A program made the position numbers and the translations under genes. DNA of 64,000 nucleotides. Source: an uncultured Acidimicrobiia bacterium (lineage in GTDB: Bacteria; Acidobacteriota; Terriglobia; Versatilivoradales; Versatilivoraceae). Below, in pieces: positions 63,808 to 64,000 of the stretch. The DNA is taken from the NCBI GenBank assembly GCA_963752385.1, contig CAVVYL010000010.1, positions 41,285 to 105,284 of the forward strand, in the 5' to 3' direction. The stretch's first letter is position 1. Every line of letters starts with the position of its first letter. The notes beneath the pieces were generated by a model. It saw nothing but the letters and a program-made list of their open reading frames with translations. It was not told the DNA's origin and made no database searches.

Positions 63808-63828
63808 AGGTGAAGAGCTCCTTCACCT
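63808..63828. terminator. hairpin between convergent ilvD and mdh
   Basis: aggtgaag (63808-63815) pairs with cttcacct (63821-63828), with loop agctc. On the minus strand it is followed by UUCUAUUUCAC. A modest stem, possibly bidirectional. Confidence 0.35.
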
Positions 63829-63846
63829 CTTCACCCCTCGTCCTAC

Positions 63847-64000
63847 CTAGACCTTAATGATGTCCACCAACTCCTTCACTGCTGCTGCGGACTTCTTCAG
63901 GGCAGCATCCTCTTCCGGAGTCAGTTTGATCTGAATGATCTCTTCAATCCCATTCTTACCCAGTTTCACGGGGACACCGACGTACAATCCCCGGACCCCG
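63847..64000 (-). CDS. mdh: malate dehydrogenase, C-terminal end (runs off window)
   Basis: Hand translation of the minus strand gives ...[50 protein letters not shown]. This is the typical LDH-like Mdh C-terminus. Confidence 0.8.
   Translation of the reverse strand, partial: GVRGLYVGVPVKLGKNGIEEIIQIKLTPEEDAALKKSAAAVKELVDIIKV

Overview
This 64-kb chromosomal window is moderately GC-rich (not computed) and consists mostly of conserved housekeeping genes, nearly all on the minus strand. From left to right it contains:
- a gal locus: an SGLT-type Na+/sugar symporter, a small membrane ORF, then galK-galE-galT;
- an accessory block (4.9-18.5 kb): an M16 peptidase, an NHL propeller, two xylose-isomerase-like TIM-barrel proteins (one Tat-exported), an SDR, an FG-GAP protein, a giant CPBP membrane protease and a stand-alone radical SAM enzyme;
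- the classical supercluster tRNA-Thr/Tyr/Gly/Thr - tuf - rpmG - tRNA-Trp - secE - nusG - rplK - rplA - rplJ - rplL - rpoB - rpoC;
- rlmB, gltX, ispD, a PIN/TRAM protein, radA and alr;
- a frameshifted SnoaL-like gene, a secreted alpha/beta-hydrolase-like protein and an APC permease;
- dnaB, rplI-rpsR-rpsF, pth, ctc, prs, tRNA-Gln, ispE, a TPR protein and purH;
- two hypothetical genes, selA, a SnoaL-like gene, a usp gene, Mth938-like and Smr genes, ilvD and the 3' end of mdh.

I found no transposases, integrases, CRISPR arrays, rRNA genes or recognisable defence or toxin modules. Gene content (NHL, FG-GAP, Tat-exported TIM barrels, large TPR and CPBP proteins) suggests an Acidobacteriota-like soil bacterium, but this is unverified inference.

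I did not find a convincing multi-gene novel system. The strongest leads are:
1. tuf is a bounded island of sense-strand C-depletion with G-ending (GGG/ACG/GCG/GTG/CGG) codons, unlike every neighbouring highly expressed gene.
2. RpoB carries an 8-cysteine (four Cys-pair) insertion of about 60 aa near its N-terminus.
3. There are three apparent +1 frame disruptions, all in accessory genes: two in a SnoaL-like gene and one at the C-terminus of the CPBP protein.
4. An orphan radical SAM gene is flanked by about 460 nt of unexplained sequence on each side.
5. selA stands alone, with no selB, selC or selD nearby.

All calls come from reading translations and motifs by eye. No database search was run.
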